Positions 10,301-20,240 of a DNA stretch of 64,000 nt are shown piece after piece. Source of the stretch: an uncultured Verrucomicrobiae bacterium (GTDB lineage Bacteria > Verrucomicrobiota > Verrucomicrobiia > Limisphaerales > JAFGQR01); contig CAWBHS010000060.1 of the NCBI GenBank assembly GCA_963788655.1, positions 32,001 through 96,000 of the forward strand, read 5' to 3'. The notes below the pieces were generated by a model. It searched no databases. It had not been told where the DNA came from and saw only the letters and a list, made by a program, of their open reading frames with translations. The position numbers and the translations under genes were made by a program. Numbering within the stretch: position 1 is the first letter of the stretch; every line of letters starts with the position of its first letter.

Positions 10301-11860
10301 ACGGGCGATTTGATCGATGCCGTGACGTTCGGCCCGCAGGCGGAAGGCGTTTCCGAGGGACGTCTTCCCGACGGCAGTGCCACCATGACGGTGTTCCCGG
10401 TTACGGCGACGCCCGGCAAGAGCAACTACCTGCCAATTAATGATGTGGTGATCAATGAAGTGCTCACGCACAGCGATCCCCCACTGGAAGACGCCATCGA
10501 GTTGCACAATGTCACCGCGAACGCCATCGACATCAGTGGCTGGTATCTGAGCGATGCCCGGACGTTCCCGAAGAAATTTCGCATCCCGGACAACACGATC
10601 CTCGCGGGCAATGGCTACGTGGTTTTTTATGAATACCAGTTCAATGCGGTGCCCGGTGATCCGGCCAGCTTTGCCTTGAGCTCCGCAAAAGGAGACGAAG
10701 TATATTTATCGGCAACCGGCGCCGGCGGTAACCTGACCGGCTACCGTGAAGTGGAGAATTTCGGGCCGGCGCAAAACGGTGTCTCTTTTGGCCGGTATGC
10801 AACGAGCGTCGATACTCAGTTTGTCCCGATGAGTCAGCGCACGTTCGGAGTGGACCAACCGGAAACGCTGGCCGATTTCCGCACCGGAACCGGCGCACCC
10901 AATGCCGATCCCAACGTTGGCCCGGTGGTAATCAGCGAAATCATGTACCATCCGCCGGACTTGGGCAGCACCAATGACAACACCCGCGACGAGTTCATTG
11001 AACTGCAAAACATCGGGGCCACGTCGGTGCCGTTGTTTGATCCGGCCCATCCCACCAACACCTGGCGGTTGCGGGGGGCAGTGAAGTTTGATTTCCCGCC
11101 CGATATCACCCTGCCGCCGGGCGAGACTGTGTTGATCGTCGGTTTCGATCCCGTCGCTGATGCGGGCTCGCTGACGGCCTTTCAAACCGCTTACGGTCTT
11201 TCGAATGGCGGCACCATCTTCGGCCCGTTCAGTGGCAAGCTGGCCAACAGCAGCGACCGAATTGAGCTCCAGCAGCCGGACACTCCGCAGGCTCCGGGCA
11301 CCGCCGATGCCGGACTGGTTCCCTATTTCCTGGTGGAACAAGTGGCCTACAGCGATACGTTCCCATGGCCGGCACAGGCAGATGGCACGGGCCTTTCCTT
11401 GCAGCGGATCACTGTGGCGGAGTTTGGCAATGATCCGGCCAACTGGCAGGCGGACACGCCCACGCCGGGACCTTTGCCCGCTTTGGTGGATACCGACCAC
11501 GACGGCATGCCGGATACCTGGGAAAATGACCACGGACTCAGCCCCACCGATCCCTCCGATGCCAACACGGATCTCGATCATGATGGCGCCACGAATCTTC
11601 AGGAATACCTGGCCGGTACGGATCCCACGGATCCGCAGAGCGTCTTTCGTCTCAATCTGGTTCCGGGGGCAACTCTCACCCTTCACTTCACTGCGGAGCC
11701 TAACAAGGCTTACACCATCGAGTATCGCGACGGCCTGGACGCAAGTTCACCTTGGCAGGTATTGACCAACATTGAAGCGTCCGCATCCCAGCAAGTCATC
11801 CAAATACCGGATGTCCCCGGCAGCGCGAGTCGGTTCTACCGTTTGAGCACACCGCAGTAA
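4345..11860 (+). CDS. Giant exported lamin-tail-domain / CotH kinase protein (~2500 aa; one apparent +1 frameshift at ~8602)
   Basis: Signal-like N-terminus; jelly-roll module (WKYLD..DDG.IVYVNG.EV), Ig-like repeats, seven LTD-like repeats (INEIMYH, INEVLARN, INEWLAN, ITEVMANN, VNEWMAS, INEVLTHS, ISEIMYH), CotH core (GIRYRGAGSR..HDYDTIFG), DTDHDGMPDTWE Ca-binding repeats, C-terminal RFYRL. Removing G8602 joins ORFs 4345-8658 and 8372-11860 as ..ATGSPSTLKINEW... Confidence 0.85.
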
Positions 11861-12033
11861 TCTCCGTTGACCAATTGGCAGAAAGAAAAGGAAGAGGACA
11901 GTGAAAAGGATGACGAAGAGTCCACCCTTCCTCCTCGTAGCCGATTGAATCCGGCGTGCTTTGGACTTGAAATGGGAGCAGGAATCAGCGATGGGCTATC
12001 CACGTTCGTGAACTACTGAAGTGGAACTGCATC

Positions 12034-12777
12034 ATGAAAACTGTCCATCCCAATCCCCTGTTTGCCATAAAAATCCAATCGCTTATTGCCCTGACGTTGA
12101 TTGCTGGACTGGTCGCCGGCACCGGTTGGCACGCTAAAGGTCAACCCACTAAGGCCGAAGCCTGGACTGAAACGCTCGTTTGCTTGCAGGAGCCGTTCAT
12201 CAATGTTGGGCGCAATGATTACTTCATTTTGGAGCCTGGTTACCAATTGATGTTCGCCGGCGAGGAGGACGGCAAGCCGGCGAAATTGATCATCACCGTG
12301 CTCGACGAAACCCAGGAGATCGATGGGATCGCGACACGTATTGTCGAAGAACGCGAAACGGTCGGCGGCAAGCTCGTCGAAGTCTCGCGCAACTTCTTCG
12401 CCCTCGGCGCCAAGACGAAAAACGCCTATTACTTCGGCGAAGACGTGGACGTTTACCAGGGGGACAAGGTCGTGCATGAAGGCGCCTGGCGAGCCGGCAC
12501 CGGCGGCGCCAAATACGGCGTCTTGATGCCCGGCACGATCAAGTTGGGCGACCGCTATTACCAGGAGAAAGCGCCGGGCGTGGCCATGGACCGAGCGGAA
12601 AATGTCTCCACGAATCAAACGATCAAAACGCCGGTTGGAAGTGTCAAGAACTGCCTCAAAACCAAGGAAACGACGCCGTTGGAATCAGGTGTCGAATATA
12701 AGTACTACGCCCCGGGCATCGGCTTGATTCAAGACGGCGATTTGAAACTTGTGAGACACGGGCTGCTGAAGCAATAA
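12034..12777 (+). CDS. Exported hypothetical protein
   Basis: 247 aa, signal-peptide-like N-terminus, coding-like composition (YYFGEDVD, EGAWRAG, RYYQEKAPG, KYYAPGIG); function not recognised. Confidence 0.75.
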   Translation: MKTVHPNPLFAIKIQSLIALTLIAGLVAGTGWHAKGQPTKAEAWTETLVCLQEPFINVGRNDYFILEPGYQLMFAGEEDGKPAKLIITVLDETQEIDGIATRIVEERETVGGKLVEVSRNFFALGAKTKNAYYFGEDVDVYQGDKVVHEGAWRAGTGGAKYGVLMPGTIKLGDRYYQEKAPGVAMDRAENVSTNQTIKTPVGSVKNCLKTKETTPLESGVEYKYYAPGIGLIQDGDLKLVRHGLLKQ

Positions 12778-12792
12778 CTTCCCCAGACTCCC

Positions 12793-12907
12793 GTAGGACA
12801 ACCGTCCCGGCTGTCCCACGTTACACCGCCCGTTCGTTGCGTGCGCAAAGATCGCGGAACAATCGAATATCCGCTTGGCATTCGGGACAGGCGGGACACT
12901 GTCCTAC
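12793..12907. repeat. REP-like inverted repeat pair, family C (GTAGGACAGGCGTCCCGCCTGTCCC-like)
   Basis: GTAGGACAACCGTCCCGGCTGTCCC (12793-12817) and GGGACAGGCGGGACACTGTCCTAC (12884-12907); further copies at 18938, 22058 and 55144. Confidence 0.8.
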
Positions 12908-12983
12908 TTATCATGGTGGCGCGTCCGATTTGGCTGATCCGGCGGATTGACTTTCTGCCGCGGCAGTCTAGGATAGCGCCCGG

Positions 12984-13190
12984 ATGAAAGTGCTAATTCT
13001 TTTCATCGTTTGGTGCATGCTGCTGATCCTGTGCTGGCCGCTGGCCGTGCTGGCGCTGCTTGTATTTCCCTTGGTCTGGTTGGTCCTGCTACCGTTCCGC
13101 CTCATTGGCATGATCGTCGAGGCCATCTTTGCGCTGATCAAGGCGGTGCTGTTTCTCCCCGCGCGCTTGCTGGGATTCAAACGGAACTGA
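12984..13190 (+). CDS. Small hydrophobic membrane protein
   Basis: 68 aa, almost wholly hydrophobic (LCWPLAVLALLVFPLVWL..LPFRL..LPARLL), fills the gap before the next gene. Confidence 0.7.
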   Translation: MKVLILFIVWCMLLILCWPLAVLALLVFPLVWLVLLPFRLIGMIVEAIFALIKAVLFLPARLLGFKRN

Positions 13191-13266
13191 TCGGTTTCGC
13201 AATACCTCCCGGCTGACTTCACCATCGCACTCGACAAAAGGTGGTCTGCTTGCGACAACAAGGTCC

Positions 13267-16200
13267 ATGAAACCTCTCGTTTGCCGCTCGGTCTGGACGC
13301 TTGGAGCTTTCAGCGCCCTTCTGCTGTTTGCTGGGTATGCAACGCTAACCGCCGCCCCCTTCGATGCGGCTCCGTTTGGTCTGCCGCTCCCTGAACGCAA
13401 TGGCGTGAAATGGGAGGATCCCCGTGAACTCCATCGAGTCGTTGTGCATTTCAAGGGAATTCCGCCGCCGGCCGACCAGGTGCAGCTCGAATACTGGGGC
13501 AGTTGGTGGCCCGGCCGGCACTTGCCCAAAGACCGTGAACCTGGTGGTGGTGCCAATGGCTGGCTGGAACTGGGCAACTGGTGGCAATACGACTGGCGCA
13601 CCGCCGACACGGAAGCCCGCGTCGAAGGCAAGGCGATCACATTCACCTTTCCGACCGGTCAATGCCAAGGAATTTCCGAAAGCGAAGAACTATCCGGTCC
13701 CATTCCGATTTACCTTGAAAGTGCGCGTGACCGGAAAGGCTTCTTTGCCGGGCCTCGAACGAATTGAAGCTTTCACCGATTCCACGACCGAGCCGCGTGC
13801 CTTCCGACTGGCTTGGAACGAAGGAGCGCCGTGCGGCGTGGTTGAAGTGTTCAACGGCCGGCTTGTCAGTGCGGAATCCGTGACTCCCGCCAGCGGGCGG
13901 TTCAGTTTGGAAGCGGTGGTGAACCCCGATCCCAACACCTTTGATCGCACGTTGGTCACCGTGGAGCGGGACGGCAAACGTTTTACTTTTCGCTTTGATG
14001 ATTTGGCGCAAGGCCCGTTGTTGGTGCCGCACGTCGGCGTGGCGGTGTTGCCGGAGAACGATACTCGCGATTACGTCGCCCTCGCCGCGGAACAAAAAGC
14101 GCGCGGTGCCAAAACCCTTTACGACCGGGTGGCAGAAATGCCGGAGCAAACGTGGAAAGCCGCGTGGGAAGGCATGCCGCCCAAGAAATCGCGCATCTAC
14201 TTTCCGATGGGACTGGACGGTGGCCGGCAGCGGTTTCGGTTGCACGCCAATGGCAGCATCGATTTCCGTTCCAACGACCATTACTTGCGGAATCTGCCGG
14301 GCCAGGACACGCCGCGTCTCGACCTCGAAAAGGCCGGTGTTAAGTTCGAGTTTGGTTTGCCGGATCAACCAGTCCATCGCACCCTCCAGGAAGAGAGCCT
14401 CCCGATCTGCATCACGATTTGGGGCACGGAGGGAGTTCAGGTGAAGCAGACCGCTTTCGTCACGCCGCTTGCCGGAGCCGACGCCGACGGTGCCGCGCCG
14501 GCAGGCGATACCTTTGCCGTGTGGATGGCGCGCTTCTTCGTGACCAATGTCACGGATGTCGCCAAACCATTCACGTTTGCTCTGAAATATCGGACCGGCG
14601 GCCAGTCGCCCGCGCTGCAGGCCGATGCCGACGGTTTGCTCCGAGTCGGGGAACATCTTCGCGGCCAAGTTAAAGTGCAACCGCCAGCAGGGCAGGGGAC
14701 CACTCCACTCCCAATCTCGTTTGATCTCGAAGCTCACGCCTCACGAACCATCTTGCTCAAAATTCCCTACGTCATTCTGACCGAAGTGTCCGAGCGCGAG
14801 GCTCTGCAAAAACTTGATTTTGAAACCGAGCGTCGCGCCGTGGCCGGCTATTGGCGTCGTCGAATGAACCAAAGCGCCAACCTCATCACGCCCGAGCCGA
14901 TGCTCAACGAATTCTATCGCTCCGATGCCATGCATCTACTCGTGAATTGCGAGCGCGAGCCGAAGAGCGACCGCCGCTTCGCCCGCGTCGGGTCGTTCGG
15001 CTATGGTGCCTACGGCAATGAATCATGCATGATGGTGGTCGATCTCGAACGTCGCGGCTATCACCAGGAAGCGCAGGACTGCCTCGTTGCGTGGCTGCAC
15101 TACCAGGGGACCGTGGGATTGCCCGGCTCGTTCGCATCCAAGGACGGCGTGCTGTACGGCGCCGGTGGGTACGAAGCCGGCGGCTACAACCAGCATCACG
15201 GCTGGATTCTCTGGATGTTGGCCGAGCATTATCGGTTCACCCGTGACCGCGCCTGGCTTGAACGCGCGGCGCCGGGCATCGTCAAAGCCTGCGATTGGAT
15301 CATTCGCGAAACGGCGCGCACGGCCGACCGCCACCCGCTCGAACGCGGCCTCCTGCCCGCCGGCAGTCTCGAAGACATCGGCGACTGGTGGACGTGGCTT
15401 TCGACGAGTTGTTACACTTGGCGCGGATTGGACAATGCCGCCTGGGCCCTCGAACAAATTCAGCATCCCGACGCGCAACGCATCCGGCAAGCCGCCGACA
15501 CGTATCACCACGCGTTGATTGCCAATTTCACCCAGGCGATGGAACGTTCGCCCGTGGTGCGCCTGCGGGACGGCACGGCCATTCCGCAAGTTCCGTCGCA
15601 AGTTCATCGCCGCGGTCGCAGCTTCGGCTGGATTTGCCAAACGCTCGAAGGCGCGTTGCACCTGCTCATCACCCGGGCCATCGATCCGAAATCCGAACTG
15701 GGGACGTGGATTGTGAAGGATTACGAGGACAACCTGTATCTCTCGAACCAATACGGCTACACGCTCGATGACTTCGACCAATACTGGTTCAGCCGTGGCA
15801 GTATGAGCATGCAAGCCTGCCTTTTGCTAGACGTGGAACCGTATCTCTACCGCGACGAACCGAAGCATGCTCTGCGCGCGCTCTTCAACGGCGAAGCGGT
15901 AAGCTACTTTCCCGATGTGCGCCTTAATACCGAGCACGCCCTGCCGGAAATGGGCGACTGGCGCGGCGACCATTTCAAAAGCAGCGACGAATCGAATTGC
16001 GCCGGCTGGTTGCGCGACCTGTTTGTGCGAGAAGAAAATGACGACATGCTCTTCATCGGCCAGGCCATCCCGCGTGAATGGCTCGCACCGGGCCAACACT
16101 GCGGCCTCGAAAAGACCTCCACCTGGTTCGGCCCGGTGAGCGTTCTCTACACCGGCGGCGATCGGGAAATTCTCTGCCAATTCAAAGGCCCGACCCGCAA

Positions 16201-16354
16201 CCCGCCCAAGGAAATCCGGCTGCGCTTCCGACACTCCCAAGGCAAGCGCCTTACCGGGGTCATGGTGAACGGGAAGCCATGGACAAAGTTCGATGGCGAA
16301 TGGATAACTCTGCCCGGCGACATCGGCATGGCCACGATCAGCGGACTATTTTAG
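13267..16354 (+). CDS. Exported (alpha/alpha)6-barrel glycoside-hydrolase-like protein (~1030 aa; apparent frameshift at ~13651)
   Basis: Signal peptide in ORF 13267; removing one base at TTTCCG gives ITFTF-RPVNAKEF and joins ORF 13424. Six-hairpin-type segments GWILWMLAEHYRFTRDRAWLE..IVKACDWI, GLLPAGSLED and a C-terminal IPREWL..TWFGPVS beta domain. Confidence 0.65.
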
Positions 16355-16546
16355 GGCGCCGACAACCTGCAGCAACATGCCAATCGCTCGCTCGTGGACT
16401 ATAAACGATGCCGCCAGGGGCCGTATGCGGAGAAGGCGCCACCATACCATCCCACGAAGGCGGTTAATCCTCAGCCTTGCCCTTCACCCCGCCCCGCACA
16501 CCGCGAATGAACTGAAAGGCCCGCCCGCAAATTACAGCCAACTACT

Positions 16547-17932
16547 ATGACCCCGTCAGCACCGACTGCCCAACCCGCCCCCCCATCAGATAAACGCATT
16601 CTCGGCCATCCCCCGGGCTTGTTTATCCTGTTTTTCACGGAGATGTGGGAACGGTTTTCTTACTACGGCATGCGCGCCTTGTTGGTGCTGTACATGACGG
16701 ATTATTTGCTGATCAAACCGGAAGTGGGCGCGCACGTTATGGGCTACGACACCATCAAAGGGGGGCTCGAGTGGTTGTTCGGGCCGCTCGCCGTGCAACC
16801 GTTTGCTTCGCAGATTTACGGGTTGTACACCGGCTTTGTTTATTTCACACCGTTCTTCGGCGGGTTGCTGGCCGACCGCGTTTTTGGACAACGCAAAACG
16901 GTTGTGCTCGGGGCAATCCTCATGGCCATTGGTCATTTTTTGATGGCCTCGGAACGATTGTTTTTCCCGGCACTGCTGTTCCTGATCCTGGGCAATGGAT
17001 GTTTCAAGCCGAACATTGCCACGCAAGTTGGCGGTCTATATCCGCCGGGGGATCCGCGTCGCGACCGCGCCTTCACCATCTTTTACATGGGCGTGAACCT
17101 CGGCGCATTCTTCTCACCGTTGATCTGCGGCACCTTGGGCCAGAAAGTCGGCTGGCATTGGGGCTTCGCCGCGGCGGGAGTCGGGATGGTGGCTGGCTTG
17201 ATCATTTACCTGTGGGGCCAGCGCTATCTGGCGGCGGATCACCTGACGCTGATGAAGCGCGAACACATCAAGGAAGCGCCACTCACCCGGGAAGATTGGA
17301 AGAAGATCGGGGCGCTGGTGGTGCTCTGCGCGCTGAACATCGTCTTTTGGGGCGTCTATGAACAACAGGGTAACACCATGCAGCTCTGGGCGGATCGCCG
17401 CACCGATTGGCTGATTTTGGGGTGGGAACTGCCTTCGACTTGGTTCCAGGCCTTCAATCCGGCGATGATCTTCATCTTCGCACCGTTGCTGAATATACTC
17501 TGGGCCTGGCAAAACCGCCGTGGTAAAGAGCCCTCCAGCATCGCCAAAATGGCGCTTGGCTGCGCCATTCTCGGGATTTCGTTTTTTGTCATGGTGGCCG
17601 CGGCGAACGTCATTCCCGCCGGCCAGCGCGGCAGTGTCGGGTGGCTGCTGGGCGCCACGTTCATTTACACCATTGGCGAACTGTATCTGTCGCCCATTGG
17701 CTTGTCGCTGGTCACCAAGGTTGCCCCGGCGCGCATGGTGTCGATGCTGATGGGCATGTGGTATCTCTCGTCGTTCTTTGGCAACTATCTTTCCGGATTT
17801 GTCGGCACGTTTTACGAGAAAATGCCCAAGTCATTTTTCTTTGCCCTGTGTAGCGCGCTGGCCCTGACGGCAGGTTTGGCCATCTTCCTCATGAAGCGTC
17901 CGCTGAGCCGCGCCATGCACCGGGAAGTGTGA
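16547..17932 (+). CDS. POT/PTR family proton-dependent di-/tripeptide MFS transporter
   Basis: GHPPGLFILFFTEMWERFSYYGMR (ExxERFxYY), GGLLADRVFG, GCFKPN, FYMGVNLG and TIGELYLSP motifs. Confidence 0.93.
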   Translation: MTPSAPTAQPAPPSDKRILGHPPGLFILFFTEMWERFSYYGMRALLVLYMTDYLLIKPEVGAHVMGYDTIKGGLEWLFGPLAVQPFASQIYGLYTGFVYFTPFFGGLLADRVFGQRKTVVLGAILMAIGHFLMASERLFFPALLFLILGNGCFKPNIATQVGGLYPPGDPRRDRAFTIFYMGVNLGAFFSPLICGTLGQKVGWHWGFAAAGVGMVAGLIIYLWGQRYLAADHLTLMKREHIKEAPLTREDWKKIGALVVLCALNIVFWGVYEQQGNTMQLWADRRTDWLILGWELPSTWFQAFNPAMIFIFAPLLNILWAWQNRRGKEPSSIAKMALGCAILGISFFVMVAAANVIPAGQRGSVGWLLGATFIYTIGELYLSPIGLSLVTKVAPARMVSMLMGMWYLSSFFGNYLSGFVGTFYEKMPKSFFFALCSALALTAGLAIFLMKRPLSRAMHREV

Positions 17933-17941
17933 GGAGAATCC

Positions 17942-18035
17942 AAAGGCCGAAGGCCGAAATCCGAATCGATTTTGGGCTGAAAACGGACGGCTTGGCGTGA
18001 TTACGTATGGAAGACGCTGTTGGCCTTCGGCCTTT
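17942..18035. repeat. 14-bp perfect inverted repeat built from heptamer units
   Basis: AAAGGCCGAAGGCC (17942-17955) and GGCCTTCGGCCTTT (18022-18035), just after the transporter stop; left arm continues as CCGAAGG CCGAAAT CCGAATC. Confidence 0.65.
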
Positions 18036-18132
18036 TCGCCGTTCCAATTTGTGCATTGCTTCGGCGGCTCGGCTGTGCATAGTTGCGGGCATGCTGATGT
18101 TCATCGTTTAAAACCCCAAACGCGACAGAGTT

Positions 18133-18772
18133 ATGCCTGCCAAGAAAAAATCTTCCCAAGCTCGAAGCACGAAGATTACTGCGGTGAAGGATGCCCAAGC
18201 ACTGCAAATCAAAATCACCCTGCTCGAAATGGAGCCGCCGGTGTGGCGACGCTTTCAAATTCGCAGCGACGCCACCCTGGCCGATCTGCGTTTGGCGGTG
18301 CAGATCATCATGGGCTGGGAAGACTCGCACCTGGACGAATTCCGGCTGGGCACCAAAAGCTATTCGGTGCCACGCGAGATGATGGAGATGGAGCTGGAAG
18401 ACCCGCCGGCCAACGATGCGCGAGTCGCGTTCTTGAACCGGGTGCTGCCCAAACCCGGCACCCCGTTTCATTACACCTACGACTTCGGCGACACTTGGGA
18501 ACATGAACTCGTCGTGGAACAGCTTCTCCCCCTCGAAGCCAAAGGTAAATACCCGCGCTGCCTCGAAGGCGCCCGGGCTTGTCCGCCCGAAGACAGCGGC
18601 GGCCCGTGGGGTTATGCCGACATGCTCGAAGTCCTGGCCGATCCCGACCACGAGGAACATGAGAGCACGGTGGAATGGCTGGGGGAAGCGTTTGATCCGG
18701 AAGCGTTTTCCTTGGCCAAGGTAAACCAAGAGCTCAAGCACTACTTCCCCTCGGCTTCCCAAGAAACGTTGA
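18133..18772 (+). CDS. Plasmid pRiA4b ORF-3 family protein (~212 aa; apparent extra C near 18747-18750)
   Basis: IKITL..PPVWRRF, MGWEDSHL, YTYDFGDTWEH and GARACPPEDSGG motifs. Removing one C gives ..YFPRLPKKR-TGA(18770-18772); the 677-aa ORF beyond that point reads through REP repeats. Confidence 0.8.
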
Positions 18773-18834
18773 CGTGCAATGTCCCTGGCTGGTGTTGCAG
18801 CAGGCTGCGGGACCAAGGTGAGCTAAACGATTCG

Positions 18835-18874
18835 AAAGCGGGAGCAAGCTCCGCGCACTCCAGGCGCTGGCGCG
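18835..18874. repeat. REP-like element, family D
   Basis: AAAGCGGGAGCAAGCTCCGCGCACTCCAGGCGCTGGCGCG; reverse-complement relatives at 21783 and 58759. Confidence 0.75.
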
Positions 18875-18937
18875 AATTATCGGCGTCTGCGGGGCATCGC
18901 TGGAAACGAAACTTCTGGACGGCCATTAACCATTCGA

Positions 18938-18960
18938 GACAGGCGGGACGCCGGTCCTAC
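18938..18960. repeat. REP-like element, family C
   Basis: GACAGGCGGGACGCCGGTCCTAC. Confidence 0.7.
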
Positions 18961-19030
18961 GCATGCATCGCCGTTCGCGTTGCCAACAAATTCGTTCTGG
19001 CTTTTCCGGTCCTCGTGCTAGACTGCCCGC

Positions 19031-20227
19031 ATGCCCGTCATCGAGCGCACCATTCAGGTCAGTTTTCGGCACCAGGTGCATTTCACGGAGAACGTGTTTG
19101 CGCCGGACAATCCGTTGCTGAAACAAGTGCTGTGCGCCGATCCGGCCTAAAGTCCCCACCGGTTATTGGTGGTAATGGACGAAGCGTTGCTCCGGGCGCA
19201 ACCCGGCTTAACGGCAGGCATCGAAAGCTATGTCGCCAGTTTTCCAAACGAGCTCCAACTCGTGGCGCCACCGCTGGTGATCGAGGGCGGCGAGCGCACG
19301 AAGAATTCCTATTTCCACGTCTCCGAAGTCCAATCGCAAATCGACCGCTACCACATCGACCGGCATGCGTACGTGCTGTGCGTGGGCGGCGGCGCGTTAC
19401 TGGACATGGTGGGGTTGGCGGCGGCGACCGCCCATCGCGGGGTGCGGCACGTGCGGTTGCCCAGCACGACGCTCAGCCAGGCCGACTCCGGGGTGGGCGT
19501 AAAGAACGGGATCAACGCCTTCGGCAAAAAGAATTTCATCGGCACGTTTGCGCCGCCCTTTGCGGTCATCAACGATTTTCAACTGCTGACCTCACTTTCC
19601 CCGCGCGACCAACGCGGCGGCTACGTGGAAGCGATCAAGGTGGCGTTGATCCGCGACCAGGAATTCTTCGCGGCGTTGGAGCGCGATGCCGTCAAGCTGC
19701 GGGCGTTCGATCCGCTGGCGATGCAACGCCTGATTTACCGTTGCGCGGAATTGCACGTAAACCACATCGCAACTTCCGGCGATCCCTTCGAGTTTGGTTC
19801 CGCCCGCCCGCTCGATTTCGGCCATTGGTCCGCGCACAAACTCGAACAACTTTCCGAATACCGCTTGCGCCACGGAGAGGCGGTGGCCATTGGCATCGCC
19901 CTGGACGTCATTTATTCGCGTCGCGCTGGATTTCTCAAGGACGCCGAGGCGGAGCGCATTTTGGCTTTGCTGGAGGCCTTGGAGTTCAAGCTCTTTGCCA
20001 ACGAACTGACTCATGTGGATTCCGAAGGTCAATTGATGGTGCTGCGCGGCCTCGAAGAATTTCGCGAACACCTGGGCGGCGAGTTGACGCTGACGATGCT
20101 CAAGGAAATCGGGAAAGGCTTCGAAGTCCACACCGTCAAGGTGCCGCAAATGATCGCCGCGATTGAGGAACTGGCCCAGCGCGCTGCTCATGAGGAACGA
20201 TGCCGGACCGAAATTTCCGCGCCGTGA
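19031..20227 (+). CDS. eboD: EboD-type sugar-phosphate cyclase (3-dehydroquinate synthase family); in-frame TAA at 19148-19150
   Basis: ATG 19031 gives MPVIERTIQVSFRHQVHFTENVF..; a single TAA at codon 40, then GGERTKN, VGGGALLD, DSGVGVKNG, FIGTFAPPFAV and DPFEFGSARPLDFGHWSAHKLE, characteristic of the EboD subfamily; adjacent to an eboF-like gene. Confidence 0.75.
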
Positions 20228-20240
20228 AAACGTTTCGCGC

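Noticed and set aside
11881..11940. Purine-rich tract with partial complement (GGAAGAGG..CTTCCTCCTC) after the giant gene
   Set aside because: Pairing too weak and no U-tract; cannot be called a terminator or repeat.
16355..16546. Possible riboswitch upstream of the peptide transporter
   Set aside because: No recognisable aptamer consensus; would need an Rfam scan.
18133..20166. 677-aa fusion of pRiA4b ORF-3 with a long C-terminal domain
   Set aside because: The extension runs through REP repeats and out of frame over eboD; explained by one extra C.
19031..20227. Housekeeping aroB
   Set aside because: Motifs (DPFEFGSARPLDFGHWSAHKLE) and linkage to an eboF-like gene fit the EboD subfamily better.
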